From positions 73,284,001 to 73,348,000 of the forward strand of contig OX638153.1 of NCBI GenBank assembly GCA_951804945.1: a stretch of DNA of 64,000 bases. The letters are read 5' to 3'. This DNA comes from Podarcis cretensis (taxonomy: Eukaryota). Shown in pieces: positions 24,601-36,500 of the stretch. Numbering within the stretch: the stretch's first letter is position 1; each line of letters opens with the position of its first letter. The translations under genes and the position numbers were made by a program. A model generated the notes under the pieces. The model was not told the origin of the DNA. It was given only the letters and a program-made list of their open reading frames with translations, and did no database searches.

Positions 24601-27600
24601 AGAAAATAGAACCTATATTACATTATATATTGCTGTATTACCCAAGTTCTAGTTGGGAACTGCCCTGAGATCTACAGATATACAAATTAAATTAATAACA
24701 ATATTAATAATAATTCAGGTACAGTGACCTCTATGACCCAGTCTTCTTTTGGCATGGTGCTTTCATGCATTCATATCACTCCAACTTACTTTTGAGAATT
24801 GGATTATACAAATTACTAACAGGGATTTTAAAATGTATTATTTTTAAAATGTTAAATGAAGCATTAAGGTTTGGAAGAGACAAAGACCTGCATACGTACA
24901 TGTCAGGGAACTGCCATCGGCTCAGGGGCGAGAGGGGAAAAGTCAGATGGATTACAGAGAGCCCCCAAAGATCGTGGGAAGCAGCACCTCCTCAGCGGAG
25001 GAGAGTAACCACGCCTCCAGTGGAGAGTAGCTTCAGGGCTCGGAGGAGGCGAGGCGGTGCCAGGACACCTTGCCTGGGCAAAGCAGGGAGGAGAGAGGTC
25101 CTCCGTTACCCATGCCCTCCCTGCGCAGTAGGCTTCTGTGCCGAGAGGGGAGGCACAGACTGGGCATCAAGAAACTACTCTGCTGGGCAAGGTTTAAGGA
25201 CCACCCCCTCACAGATTCTGCCAGTGAATGAGCGAGCCACGGAATAGTGGCGCTCTGCATGGTAAAAGGTTTTTGGCACCAATAACGAGGCTTTACAGCC
25301 GACCAGGGAGGCATTTGCCTGATTGCTCTCGAGTAACCCCCTTATATCCTTACAGCACATTTAATACAGACATCTGAAAACTGGAGAGCTCCCACTGCTA
25401 ATTAAAAAGCATGCATATCCAGCTATATTAGTAGAACTTTAATAGTGTTATGACATTGTTTATTAGTCTGCTTACAGCATGCACATGTTTGACTACTGCA
25501 ATAAATAGGGCTCTGGCCTGAGTTTGGGGCAAGGCACTTCACAAATATGTGGTTGGGTCTTTGTACTGCCTTCAGGGGTCAGAAGGACCACTAGCTTAAC
25601 TAAGGTAAAGGTACCCCTGCCCGTACGGGCCAGTCTTGACAGACTCTGGGGTTGTGCGCCCATCTCACTTAAGAGGCCAGGGGCCAGCGCTGTCCGGAGA
25701 CACTTCCGGGTCACGTGGCCAGCGTGACATCGCTGCTCTGGCGAGCCAGAGCCGCACACGGAAACGCCGTTTACCTTCCCGCTGGTACGCGGTCCCTATT
25801 TATCTACTTGCACCCGGAGGTGCTTTCGAACTGCTAGGTTGGCAGGCGCTGGGACCGAGCAGCGGGAGCGCACCCCGCCGCAGGGATTCGAACCGCCGAC
25901 CTTTCGATCGGCAAGTCCTAGGCGCTGAGGCTTTAACCCACAGCGCCACCTGCGTCCCCTTTACTAGCTTAACTACCTCTGTCCTTTTAGTGGGTGATTT
26001 CTGAGAACATGTGATGTAACTAGCAGGCTGTCTTGTATGCTTGATGTCTTTATCTGCATGCAGGCCTGTTGGTGGGAACAGGCACCAAATCGTAATGACT
26101 AGCTTTCTCTGTCCCCCAAAGAGGGATGCAACATGTTCATCTCAGCTGCATTAATCTACAAGAAACTTTTTCCTATTAATATGCAAATAAAAAAATGTCC
26201 TTGATTGTGAAGTGTCTTGAGAGAGGCGTACTTAGTTCATCATAAACAGAATGATTCAGCAGTTAGCCTTTGCAAGAAATACAGAGATGTATCCAACAAG
26301 GTTCTACTCACTGCAGGCTAGTCATGCATTCATTAATTTTAGTGGATCTACTCAGAATATGACCAAAATTAGATACAACCCATGGTCATGTAATCCTTAA
26401 CAGTTCTGTTTGACTTTAAAGGATTGTATGTTTTTATTTCTTAATATTTATTTTAAAATATTAATCTGTGCTCTGTATTACTCCCAGCCTGTTGGCTATC
26501 AAGTTTTTCTGTCTTTGAACCATTAGAATTAACAAGATACATTTATAACCATGGCTCTTTGTAACAATCATTATCAATTAAAAATACATACCAGGAATCA
26601 AAGTGAATTGACATCTGAAATTTCTTCCATTTTTATATTTAGGACTTCTTTATTCCTCAAATGATAGGAAAAGATCTGTTTGAGATGTGGAATGTTATGA
26701 ACCCAATGGGCTTGCTGCTGGAGGAATTGGCCAAGAGGAATGTGCCTGCTCCAGAACCAAGACTAACTCGACAGTCAGGAGCTAGCACTGTACTGCCCTT
26801 GTACTTCGTTGGATTGTATTGGTTAGTAAGACCTGAGATTGATTTGAATGACCTGTGAGATCATACCAGTCCTGCTTCTAGGCCCACAGGTTGTATGTGT
26901 GGATGTTGCATTTGAATCAGTGCATGAAATATATCACAGCCTAAGCCCTGACCATGCAATCAGTGTAATCTGGGAATCAACCATGGCATATTGGTGAGTC
27001 AAATGTGATGCCCTCACAAGTAGATCTGCTAGGGCCTGTGATGTGGCATTGGCACTCCTAGCGGGCACTTCTGCCCCACTTAGTTGGTAAGATAATCAGA
27101 ACTGGCTTTTTATCTAGTCACATTTTTTGCTAAGGTGTGAGATGCATCTTATAAAGAAGCTACATGCTTCTGTTAGTTTCCACTCTCCAAAAATGTTAGG
27201 TATCAGTGTACCAATAAATCTTTCAGCTTGGCAGTTGTACAAGAAATGTGTGTCAGACTGTTCTGACAGGAGGAGACTTGTCTGGCATTCTTTAGCCTGA
27301 TTCACTGTTCACTTCCTTGAAATGTCAGTACAGAAAGTGTAATGTCAAAATGTTAGGTTGCTGTGAATGCCTCAGATTTAGTCTGATGTATTTTTAATCT
27401 TTAAAAGGGAGGAGGAGAGAATTTAATTACATAACCAAGCTTTTGTCTTGACTTTATCTTAGTCCTACTATCGGCTTTGTTATCACTACTGTTTTATAGT
27501 TCATTCCTATCTCCTTGTCTTCTCTGAATGCTTGGAGTAATCTTACAAATTCAATTCTTAGTTGTATAAACATGACTGTTGTTTATTTCCTGCCAAGTAC

Positions 27601-29018
27601 TTAACTGGACTTCATTCTGAATTTGTTAGATCTTGTTACTCAGCATGTAAGTTGAGGCTCAGTGAATTAAAATTGCCTGTGAATATTTATCACATGGCCC
27701 ATAGGGACTTGGACATACAACTTAGGAAAAATGAAGGCAGTATTGTTGTTTCCTTCTATACTATCATATATACCGTATTTTTCACTCTATAGGACACACT
27801 TTTTCCCCTTCAAAAATGAAGGGGAAATGTGTGTGCGTCCTATGGAGCGAAGACGCCATAGCCCCGCGACCCTCTCCCGGCTGGAGGGGTGACGTGCGGC
27901 TATGGCAGGAGCCTCTATAGCCAGCCGCGCGTCACCTCTCCAGCCGGGAGAGCGCACGCGGGGCTAAAGAAGCACCCCGCAACCCTCTCCCAGCTGGAGA
28001 GGTGACGCACGGCTATGGTAGGAGCCTCTATATCCGCGCGTCACCTCTCCAGCCGGGAGAGCGCGCGCGGGGCTAAAGAAGCACCCCGCAACCTTCTCCC
28101 AGCTGGAGAGGTGACCCGCGGCTATGGCAGGAGCCTCTATAGCCGTGCGTCACCTCTCCAGCCGGGAGAGCGTGCACGGGGCTAAAGAAGCCATAGCCCC
28201 GCGACCCTCTCCCAGCTGGAGAAGTGACGCGCGACTATGGCAGCAGCCTCTCTGCTGCGCCTTTCTGCTGCTCCCCACCTGCTCTTTGGGGCTGGTGGTG
28301 GGCTTCCCCCGCCAGCCCCGAAGAGCAGGTCAAAAGGAACCTGAAGCCTCTCCAGGCTTCCAAGGTAGCCGCCTGAATGCACCTTAAACGGCACCTTGTT
28401 TTAGAGGGGGAAAACAAGAGGGGGGAAATTCTCCCCCTCTCTGCGCAGCGCCTCCTGCCGCTTCGCTGAAGGGGCGCTGGGCAGAGAGGGGGAGATTTTT
28501 TTTTTCTTGTTCTCCCCCCTCTAAAACAACGTGCGTCCTATTGTCCGGTGCGTCCTATGGTGCGAAAAATACGGTACATAGTAAATGTTGTTTCTGTGCA
28601 CTCTGGCTTCCATCATGGTGTTCTGTTGCACCAGAAGCGGTTTAGTCATACTGGCCACATGACCCAGAAAGCTGTCTGTGGGCAAACGCCTGCTCCCTTG
28701 GCCTGAAAGTGAGATGAGTGCTGCAACCCCATAGTCGCCTTTGACTGGACTTAACCACCCAGGGGTCATTTACCTTATTTACCTTTATCTGTATGCACAG
28801 TATTAATTAATTAAGACTTCTCATAAAAGTATTTCCTCTTTTTCAGTGATAAGAAGCTTCTGGCAGAAGGTACTGCTGAAACAATATTAGCAGCTGAAGA
28901 AGAGGCTGCACGTGTAGCCCTGCGGAAACTTTATGGGTTTACTGAGAACAGAAAGCCATGGGATTATTCTTCTCCAAAATGGGAGCAGAAAGCAGAAAAT
29001 GCTATTAGCAGCAATTAG
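21001..29018 (+). CDS. MRPL44: 39S mitochondrial ribosomal protein L44 (mL44), complete; join(21001..21164,23867..24335,26643..26821,28847..29018), 327 aa
   Basis: Arg-rich presequence [10 protein letters not shown]..., then [20 protein letters not shown]...LKTAFVN...[58 protein letters not shown]...[30 protein letters not shown] introns; total 984 nt is a multiple of 3. Confidence 0.97.
21822..22183 (-). mobile_element. Full-length Sauria SINE
   Basis: Minus strand GGGACGCGGGTGGCGCTGTGGGTTAAACC head and (ACCTTT)n tail; 16-bp TSD TAAACCTGTGGATAGG. Confidence 0.93.
22332..22474. mobile_element. Small hAT-type MITE
   Basis: Imperfect TIRs CATGGGTATAACTGGG / CCCAGCTACGCTCATG; near-perfect 8-bp TSD TAAGAGTG/TAATAGTG. 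Confidence 0.6.
23867..24335 (+). CDS. MRPL44: MRPL44 exon 2 (RNase III-like fold)
   Basis: atttag|CTCTGAG ... GTGAGG|gtaagt; 469 nt. Confidence 0.96.
24901..25354 (+). mobile_element. Probable solo LTR (Gypsy/ERV-like)
   Basis: TGTCAGG...CCTTACA termini (TG..CA), a GC-rich block in an AT-rich intron, and an imperfect 5-bp TSD GTACA/GCACA. Confidence 0.65.
25603..25960 (-). mobile_element. Full-length Sauria SINE (different, CpG-rich subfamily)
   Basis: Same head and tail architecture as the copy at 21822; 13-bp TSD ACTAGCTTAACTA (25590-25602, 25963-25975). Confidence 0.93.
26643..26821 (+). CDS. MRPL44: MRPL44 exon 3
   Basis: tatttag|GACTTC ... TATTG|gttagt; 179 nt. Confidence 0.96.
27773..28574. 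mobile_element. Tc1/mariner-superfamily non-autonomous element with an internal ~110-bp palindromic tandem array
   Basis: TIRs CCGTATTTTTC / GAAAAATACGG with TA TSD; ~3.5 internal repeats starting near 27861, 27975, 28084 and 28196. Confidence 0.85.
28590..28788 (+). mobile_element. 5'-truncated Sauria SINE
   Basis: ccagaagcggtttagtcatactggccacatgacccagaaagctgtctgtgg...caggggtcatttaccttatttaccttt. Confidence 0.85.
28847..29018 (+). CDS. MRPL44: MRPL44 exon 4 (end of dsRBD-like domain, stop)
   Basis: tttcag|TGATAAG ... AGCAATTAG. Confidence 0.96.
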
Positions 29019-29132
29019 GCAGAAAAGGTCACTTCTTATGTGTGCAAGAATGCTACCTTTTAGAAGAACAAGATTTAATGAGTGAACTATTAAGAAACTA
29101 AGATTTTGAAAATGCCAGTTTCCCTTACTGCT

Positions 29133-29138
29133 AATAAA
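29133..29138 (+). terminator. MRPL44 polyadenylation signal AATAAA
   Basis: 115 nt after the stop, followed by GT/T-rich sequence. Confidence 0.7.
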
Positions 29139-32129
29139 CATGTTTGTGGTACATATTTTTTTCTACTAGTTCATGCATTATGGTGTGCTGAAAGCTCTGT
29201 TAGACCTTGTGTTGCATAGGCTCAGAGCAAGTGTGGAGTACTGAGGGAACTCTACAATACAAAATGCTAGTATAATTTAGGCCAACACTGCATTTCAGAT
29301 TCCCCTATAGCATAAAATTAACTCATAAATATGAGTTATATAACAGCTAGTACTGACTCTGTCTTCTGAACATCTATGTGTCACAACAACTTTCCAAAGT
29401 TACCCAGCTGTATATATTTTCTCATATTAGAAGGAAAAAATAAAGGAAGAAAATCTGCTTTTAATTTATTCATGTATCCCAAAGAATCAATATAGTCCAT
29501 TATCCCAATCTCTAGAGTCATCTATTTCAATTACTTCCAAAACCCATTATGAAAAATATCTGCTAATTTCATCAGGCATGCTTAGCATTAATGGAACTGA
29601 GTAAAAAGCTACAACAAACATGTTAACCTTTGCATCCCATTTTTCTTTCCCTTCTACTTAAAATTCCTCTCGGTTGATTAAATCTGTTTGAAAAAAAGAG
29701 TAATCAATATGTAGCAATGATTCACATGAGCTGCTGTCTTCAGCATTCCTTCATTCCTTTGTACTCTGTTTATTTGAATTCCCATACTTGGAAGAGAATG
29801 TTCCGGTATCTCTCTTGAAGGGGAAGTAAAACTGAGATTGTGTCATCTTCCTTGATTACTCAGTGAATTCATGACTGTGTATACTTTTATGACCAGGTCC
29901 AAGTTCTGCATTCCAGTGGGCAATGCTGGTTTGCAACACATTCTTAAAAAGGCTTCACTCAGTTTCAAACAACGTTCCCTTTTGCTACTTGCCTGTTGTG
30001 TGCTTCTGCAAATTTCTACTGGACTATTACTGTGTATGCATCTCACTGGAATGAACAAAAATTGTGCAAGACCAAGCATTCCAATGGAGCATGCAAAAAT
30101 ATATTTGCCACCGTGATATGCACATAGGGATTTAGAAATGAAAATGACAGCTGATCATAGCTTTCAAAAAACATTAACCCATGCCCAAGCATGCTTTTAG
30201 TTCCTGGTTTTTATTCTGAAAATGGAATACATTTGTGGCATTAAAACCTTGAATTAGCTTCTTAAAGTGAAAGTAAATGTTAATTCTAAAAGCTGCTATT
30301 AGCTATAGAGAGCTTTTAGAGAGCAATTCTACACACCAGTTATGCGCTGGTGTGTGTGTGTGTGGTGGGGTGGGGGGTAGATATGCTGCTGCATGATATG
30401 TACGTAGCCCAAGGAGATCAGAAAATGCAGAAACTAAAAATGGAATACACCCACCCCCAATCTCATGGAAAACGCTGCCAAAGCCACCAACTGGACTGCT
30501 CCACTGGAAGTCTAGCGATCCAATGGAACTCATGACCACAGGGGCGGAATCCCTGCACCACCTCATTCTGCCAACCCCTTCAGGAAGGGGTTCAAATGCC
30601 CTTATCTGTTCATAGCCACAGTTTTGTAGTACAGCATTCTTAAGGGAGGGAGACAACTTATCTGAGCAGAATGCCTGCAAAGACCATAAGCAGCCCTCCT
30701 GGATGAGGGTTCAAGACACACCCTGGAGGGGTCAGTAGTAAAAAGGAAGGGGCCAGATGAAGGAAGCCAAAGACATAGCAGAAGACAGGAGTTTGAGCCC
30801 TGGTATAGGGTAACATGTTCACATTCACATTTCGGATGCCTAGCAAAAACTGAATGAATGAGACAAGAGCTTGTGGGGCTTGCACAGGTCAATGAGCTCT
30901 TTCTGCCCCCAGCTCCCACCTCTGGGAACCAATGAGACCAATCCTTCCCTTTCTGTTGCCTGAAAAGCAGGGGTGTACCCAGGGGTTGGCGCCAGTAAAG
31001 GGTGTGGACCGATGCATCTCCTTGCCAAGGGCACAAGGGAGCCTAGGTACGCCTCTGCTGATAAGCTAGCTCTACAGGGTAGCATACCAGATGGACTCAT
31101 TGCTGATCTCACATCAGCCTTTTCTGCCTTGCCCCACACTTAACTGATTTGTACATGGTGATAGCAGCACCCAACCCCCCTGGGTAAAGTCCAAAAGCTC
31201 TCGTGTGCTCTGGAGGGAAATCCTTTCCTCTTAGATTCCTCTTGCCAAAATTCCTCCTTGCAATTTCTTAAGGGTGCACAAAATAACAGGAATTTTGCCT
31301 AATAGGTAAAATGTCAGGGGAAACCCAGAAGTATGGCAATGCGATGTAAAAAGCAGTGGAAATAGCCCAAAAAAGCTCAACAATTCTGGGATCTTCCTAA
31401 AGAGAGCTCAACAACTTTGTGGGTTGTCAGGAATTTTTACTTTTTGAAAATTGCAACCCTAGTCACAGTATGCTGTGCTCGCCCTCAGTCTGAGTAGACA
31501 ATGCCCTGAAGGACCAGTGCTCTTACTTGGAGAAGCACTCAGGCCACCGTCCAACAACAGTAAACGTGGATAGCACTGCTTAGGGCACTGCTTTGATCCG
31601 CATACTGATTAACTCTGTTGGATCGGGGCCAGTGGATTTAAAGAGCTGCCTTGTAGTGGTTTGCTCGCATGGAACACACCCTCGCTGTGCACACACACAC
31701 CCTTTCTCACACTTTACCTTACCAACGAAATAGCGGGGTGGCTATATACTGCCTCCAGCTTCGGATCCTGCCTGCTTCTGAATACAAGCAGCTGGAAAAT
31801 AGCCACGATTTTCTATGGAACTATCGTGTCCTGCCTGCTGGGGGCCTTTTTGGCAGGACACAGCTAGGAGCTATGAACTACACATGCCATGGGTCGAATA
31901 TTTCATTAAAATCAGGCAAAATCTCGGGGGCAAAATCTCGGGGGGGGGGTGTCATTTGCTGCTTATTGGCCGCCAGTTGTCCCATCTGCCTCCATCCCTT
32001 CCCTAACTGACATTTCTCTCTTTGACCTCTTCTCGCCACCTCCCCCTGCAACTGGGCCAGGTTGTGGTTGTTTTTGCCCCCTCTCTTCCATCTCCTTTCC
32101 TATTTACTTATTTTTAACCACCTGCAGGG

Positions 32130-33500
32130 TCACGCCAGGTAAGCATCTCCCACAGGGCGAGGTGGGGGGAGAGAATGAGACAGAACGGGGAAGGAGCCGC
32201 TCGTGGAAAGAATCCTCCCAGGCGGGAGGGGGCGCTCGTCGTCAGGCGCCTTCAGGGCGCAGGCGGCGGCTTATCGCCGAGCTGCTCTCCACCTCCTCCT
32301 CCTCCTCGCTCCCCCCTCCTCCTCCTCCTCCTCTCCTTGTCTCTACAGAGAAAAGGTGCCGCGCAGGTTCCGCTTCGGCTCGTCATTCAGCCGCCCCGTC
32401 CTCCTCGCCGAGGGCCGACGCCGCTCCCCTCCCCCTCCTTCCCTTTCCCCCCTCCCTTCTTCCCTTCCTTCCGTCGGTCCGTCAGTTGGGGTTGCGCGCG
32501 CGCGCCAGGGGCGCGGGCCCAAGCCTCGTCCCCCTCGCGCTCCCCTCACGGGCGTCTCGGAGCCGGACGGGTCCCGGCCTCCCTCCTCATTCCCCGGCCG
32601 GCGTGAGCGAGCCCGGGGAGCGGCCTCTATACCTCCGCGCGCGCTCACGGACACACGCACATTACCCGGCCGCCTCCTCCGAAGCCATGGCGGCGAGCGC
32701 CAAGCGGAAGCAGGAGGAGAAGCACCTGAAGCTGCTGAGGGAGATGAGCAGCCTCCCGCCCAACCGCAAGTGCTTCGACTGCGACCAGCGCGGCCCCACC
32801 TACACCGACATGACGGTGGGCAGCTTCGTGTGTACCTCCTGCTCCGGCATCCTGTGAGTTGAGGAGAGGAGAGTTGAGGAGACCTAGAGAAAAAAGAGAC
32901 ACTGAGAGAAAAAGAAAGGAAGGAGGAGGAGGAGGAGGAGGAAGGGTTGACCTCCTCCCAGGCGGGAGGAAACAATCGAGAGCGTTAAGCAGGCGATGGG
33001 AGGGAGGGGGTGGTGGAGCTGAGGAGAAATAGGGGGGCTGGGAGAGGGTGGTGAAGACTCCCCCCCCCCGCCCCGCTCCTGATCCCATATGGGAATTGGC
33101 AGCGGTCTCGGGGAGGGGGTGGGTGGGGAGAGGCTGAAGCGTGAAGGGGACTGCGGGCAGTTTGCGGTGTGGGGGGGGGGGGATTCCTTTTTTCTTTCCT
33201 CCTCTCATTTCCCCCATAATTGCTGGGCCACAGTGGCGTAGCGTGGGTTGTCAGCACCCGGGGCAAGGCAAGTAATTTGCGCCCCCTTACCCGTGGATTT
33301 GCGCCCCCTAACCCTAACCCCCAGATGTTGCGCCCGGTGCGGCCGGCCCCCCCTGTACCCCCCCCCCCCACGCTACGCCACTGCTGGGCCAGACCCTTTG
33401 AGAGGAATGGGGCGCGTGGTGTAGGGCAGAGAGCGGGGGTGGGGTGGGGGTTGCTCGTGTGCCTTTCAGGCGAGTGACAGGGGCACACGGTGTGCAAGAG
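32130..33500 (+). promoter_or_regulatory. CpG island: AGFG1 promoter, 5'UTR, exon 1 and start of intron 1
   Basis: Very high GC and CpG content, GC boxes, (CCT)n and (GGA)n tracts, strong Kozak GAAGCCATGG. Confidence 0.85.
32687..32853 (+). CDS. AGFG1: AGFG1 exon 1 (coding part)
   Basis: ATG at 32687; ATCCT|gtgagt. Confidence 0.96.
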
Positions 33501-36500
33501 GGCTGCGCCTGGGTACGGATGAGAATTGGGAGACCAGGCTGAAGAGATCCCCGGAAAGAAAAGAAGGAAGCTGATGTGGTGGAGGATAGATGGTGTGGGG
33601 CTTGCTGAATCTTCCAGCGTCCCTTAAGTGTAGAAGGGGTGGGTTTTATTTCCTCAAAGTGGGAGGAATATCGGTAATGAAAAATTGAGGGTCTTAACGA
33701 GCACATTCTCTCTGTATATAAAGTGGGCTATGTCTTTAGGAGGAGGGATGCAAACTTTGTCTGCTAGTTTGATCAAGTTCCCTTAGAGCATATGAAAGGC
33801 TAGAGGTGGACAGGTGCCAATTGTGATATTAATCCAGGAAGTATGTAAAAAGGGTGGGGAAAGCTTGACAAATACTCTGCAGATGCATTTTTATTTTTTG
33901 ATACACTTTTGCCTGAGTGTTCCCTTCATGGGTTTGAGTTTATTGAGCACATTAAAAGTTTGCCTTGAGGGTTTACAACAGGAAACAGATTAATGGTTAC
34001 TGGTTAACCTCTGGATTTGAGTTCACCATGCCAGTTGTTTGGTTAGAATAATTTGGTCTTTTTTCGTAACCCAATTAATATCAAACTTGCTGTAGAAATG
34101 GTTTGCAAACTCTGCAAATTGTCCCTCATCATTTTGAAGCAGTTTCAGTTTTCTCCAGCATGTTATCCTTTTTACCTTGCAAGATTTGTTTTGTTCAACC
34201 ACATGATGTTGCACATGGAGCTTGATTTGCTGTGACAGTTACTAAAATGAAGGTACGGCACTTGTCAAATGGATCAGAACTGTTGACTCCTGCTTCTAGA
34301 TTGGAGCTCATAGGTTGAATATGTGCTTTGTATGGAAGGTTCCAAACTGACAATTGGATATCCAATTTAAAGCATATAGTAAAGAAAGTCACTGGAAGGT
34401 CTTATGCTAAATAACTTGTAGAACCAAAGTTATAATGCTCCCTGTGTGACCATGTTTAAGGAATCCATCACTTGCCATCCATAATTAGACACATGTGCAT
34501 GTAAAAAGTTCTCCATAAAAATTATATGTAAAAAGACTTGCTGTCAACACCATGTACTTATATACTCACAAGTTTACTCTTAATTGATTTTTACTAGCTT
34601 ACTATTACAAGTACACATGAAAGTAACTTTAGCCATATCACTATTTCTGTTGAGTCACTAATCCTTCCTGCAGTAATCCTTATACAGAGGTGTAGCTTAG
34701 ATGTATTGCTGAAGTTTCCTATTTAGTACTTGCAGGAATCATTGGTTCTCTCACTTTCAGACCTTTGGGTTCTATTTCATACATTATAGCAGTGGCAAGG
34801 TTGCTGCTGAACTTTTGCAGTTGAAATTAGCATAACCATTTTCAAACTGAGACAGGATCACGTGCGATATGACAAGGGATGATGGGAGTTCAACAGTGTC
34901 TGGACCGTAAATTTGTCACACCCATTTTAAGGAACAGGTTTGATTTTAAGAAGTCTGAAGAGACAAATATGGAGGGAGGTGGAACAAGTAAACTTCTTCC
35001 TGTTTGCTTGTTTATTAGACTATATTGCTTAGAGATTTTTGAAATATTAAGCAGTTTAAATAAATCAATTTCTTGGACATATGTGCATTTTTAGAGTAGA
35101 AAAATCTGTTAAATCAAAAAAACTTCAATGGTAGCAATGCGATACTTAAATAAATTTCAAATCCTTCAATGATGTTATTATTATTATTTATGTGCCACCC
35201 ATCTGACTGGGTTACCCCAGCCACTCTGGATGACTTCCAACAAATTAGAACGCAGTAAGACATCAAACACTTAAAAATCAAAAGAATATATAAAACCTCA
35301 GGTTATCTAACACTTTTAGCTTTCCAGATCTTAAGCAGGTAAATAGTAGGGAGAAAATGTCACAGATTCAAGGCAACGAGGTGAATCTGTATCTTTACAA
35401 AGTACGTTAAACCATCCACTTCCTTAGTCCCTTCAAAAGATTTATGTCCTTAAGAGAATGGGCTATGGAATTGAGATCTGATATTCTTAATTGATTCCTG
35501 TAAAATTTTAAATTCATTAAACTAAAATTATTAGGCCTAAGTTTTTCACTGCTCTTGGATAAGTACTCCAAAACAAGTACTAACACTTAGAAAAAGGCAA
35601 TTTTCTTTCATGCCTAAGATTCTTCAGAGCTAGGATGGTTTCTTTGACCGATTGTAGCTTCAAGGTATAGTAGAACTTTATTTTCTTCTTGAAAAGTTTC
35701 TAGAATGACTTCCTTCAATTTTCTTGTTTTATAGACGAGGTTTAAATCCACCTCACAGAGTGAAGTCCATTTCCATGACCACATTCACACAGCAAGAAAT
35801 AGAATTTCTGCAGAAACATGGGAATGAAGTAAGTATTACAGACTTGTTTTTAAGGGAATAAATAATCCTCAAATGAATGTGATTTATCATTGTACAAGAA
35901 GATAGAAGCCTTTAATTCAGGGATGGTTAACTCTTGGACTAATGAAGTCCCCAAGCAAGTTTTTCTGCCCTATAAACCACACTGATTTTGGTGTTGGTAA
36001 AAATGGAGTGTTAAGTAGACATGGTGCAGGATGGTCATAGATTTATAACCCCCCTGCCCAGCACCCTGATGGGTATTAGAAATGGCAAATTATCATCAGA
36101 TTGATCACTTGATCAGTGGGGAGGATGCAGTGACCGTCATCCTGAGCTGATTGTGGACCAACTGGGGGCTGTGTGTGAGGGTGTATCTTGTGTGTGAGGG
36201 AGAGTGGCCAAACCCACCCACTAGCATGTACACCCTAGAGAGATAGCCAAGGATGAATACAGCCCCTGAGGCAGAAAAGGTTAGCCACTCCCATGCTGAA
36301 AATGACAATGGAAATTTTCTTTGCTGTATGTAGGGGGGGGGGAAAAAAAAGCATTTGAGAACTATGAAACTTCAGACCCCTCCAAATTGGTTTCTGCAGC
36401 AGGAATGATGTCTCATAGCCTTGTGCCAATTGTATTTGTTACTCTTTTTTCCTTTTTCTTCTACAAAACTGTTTATTGTTCAAAATACTGCAGTGGTACA

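Noticed and set aside
24765-25247. 160-aa ORF in MRPL44 intron 2
   Set aside because: It runs from intron sequence into a GC-rich probable solo LTR and has no recognisable domain or splice context.
27861-28250. Repeat array as a CRISPR-like locus
   Set aside because: The units are contiguous near-identical repeats without unique spacers, inside a eukaryotic TIR element, and no cas genes are present.
32175-33706. Multiple 130-220-aa ORFs on both strands at the AGFG1 5' end
   Set aside because: Low-complexity Pro/Arg/Gly translations of a CpG island that is depleted of stop codons.
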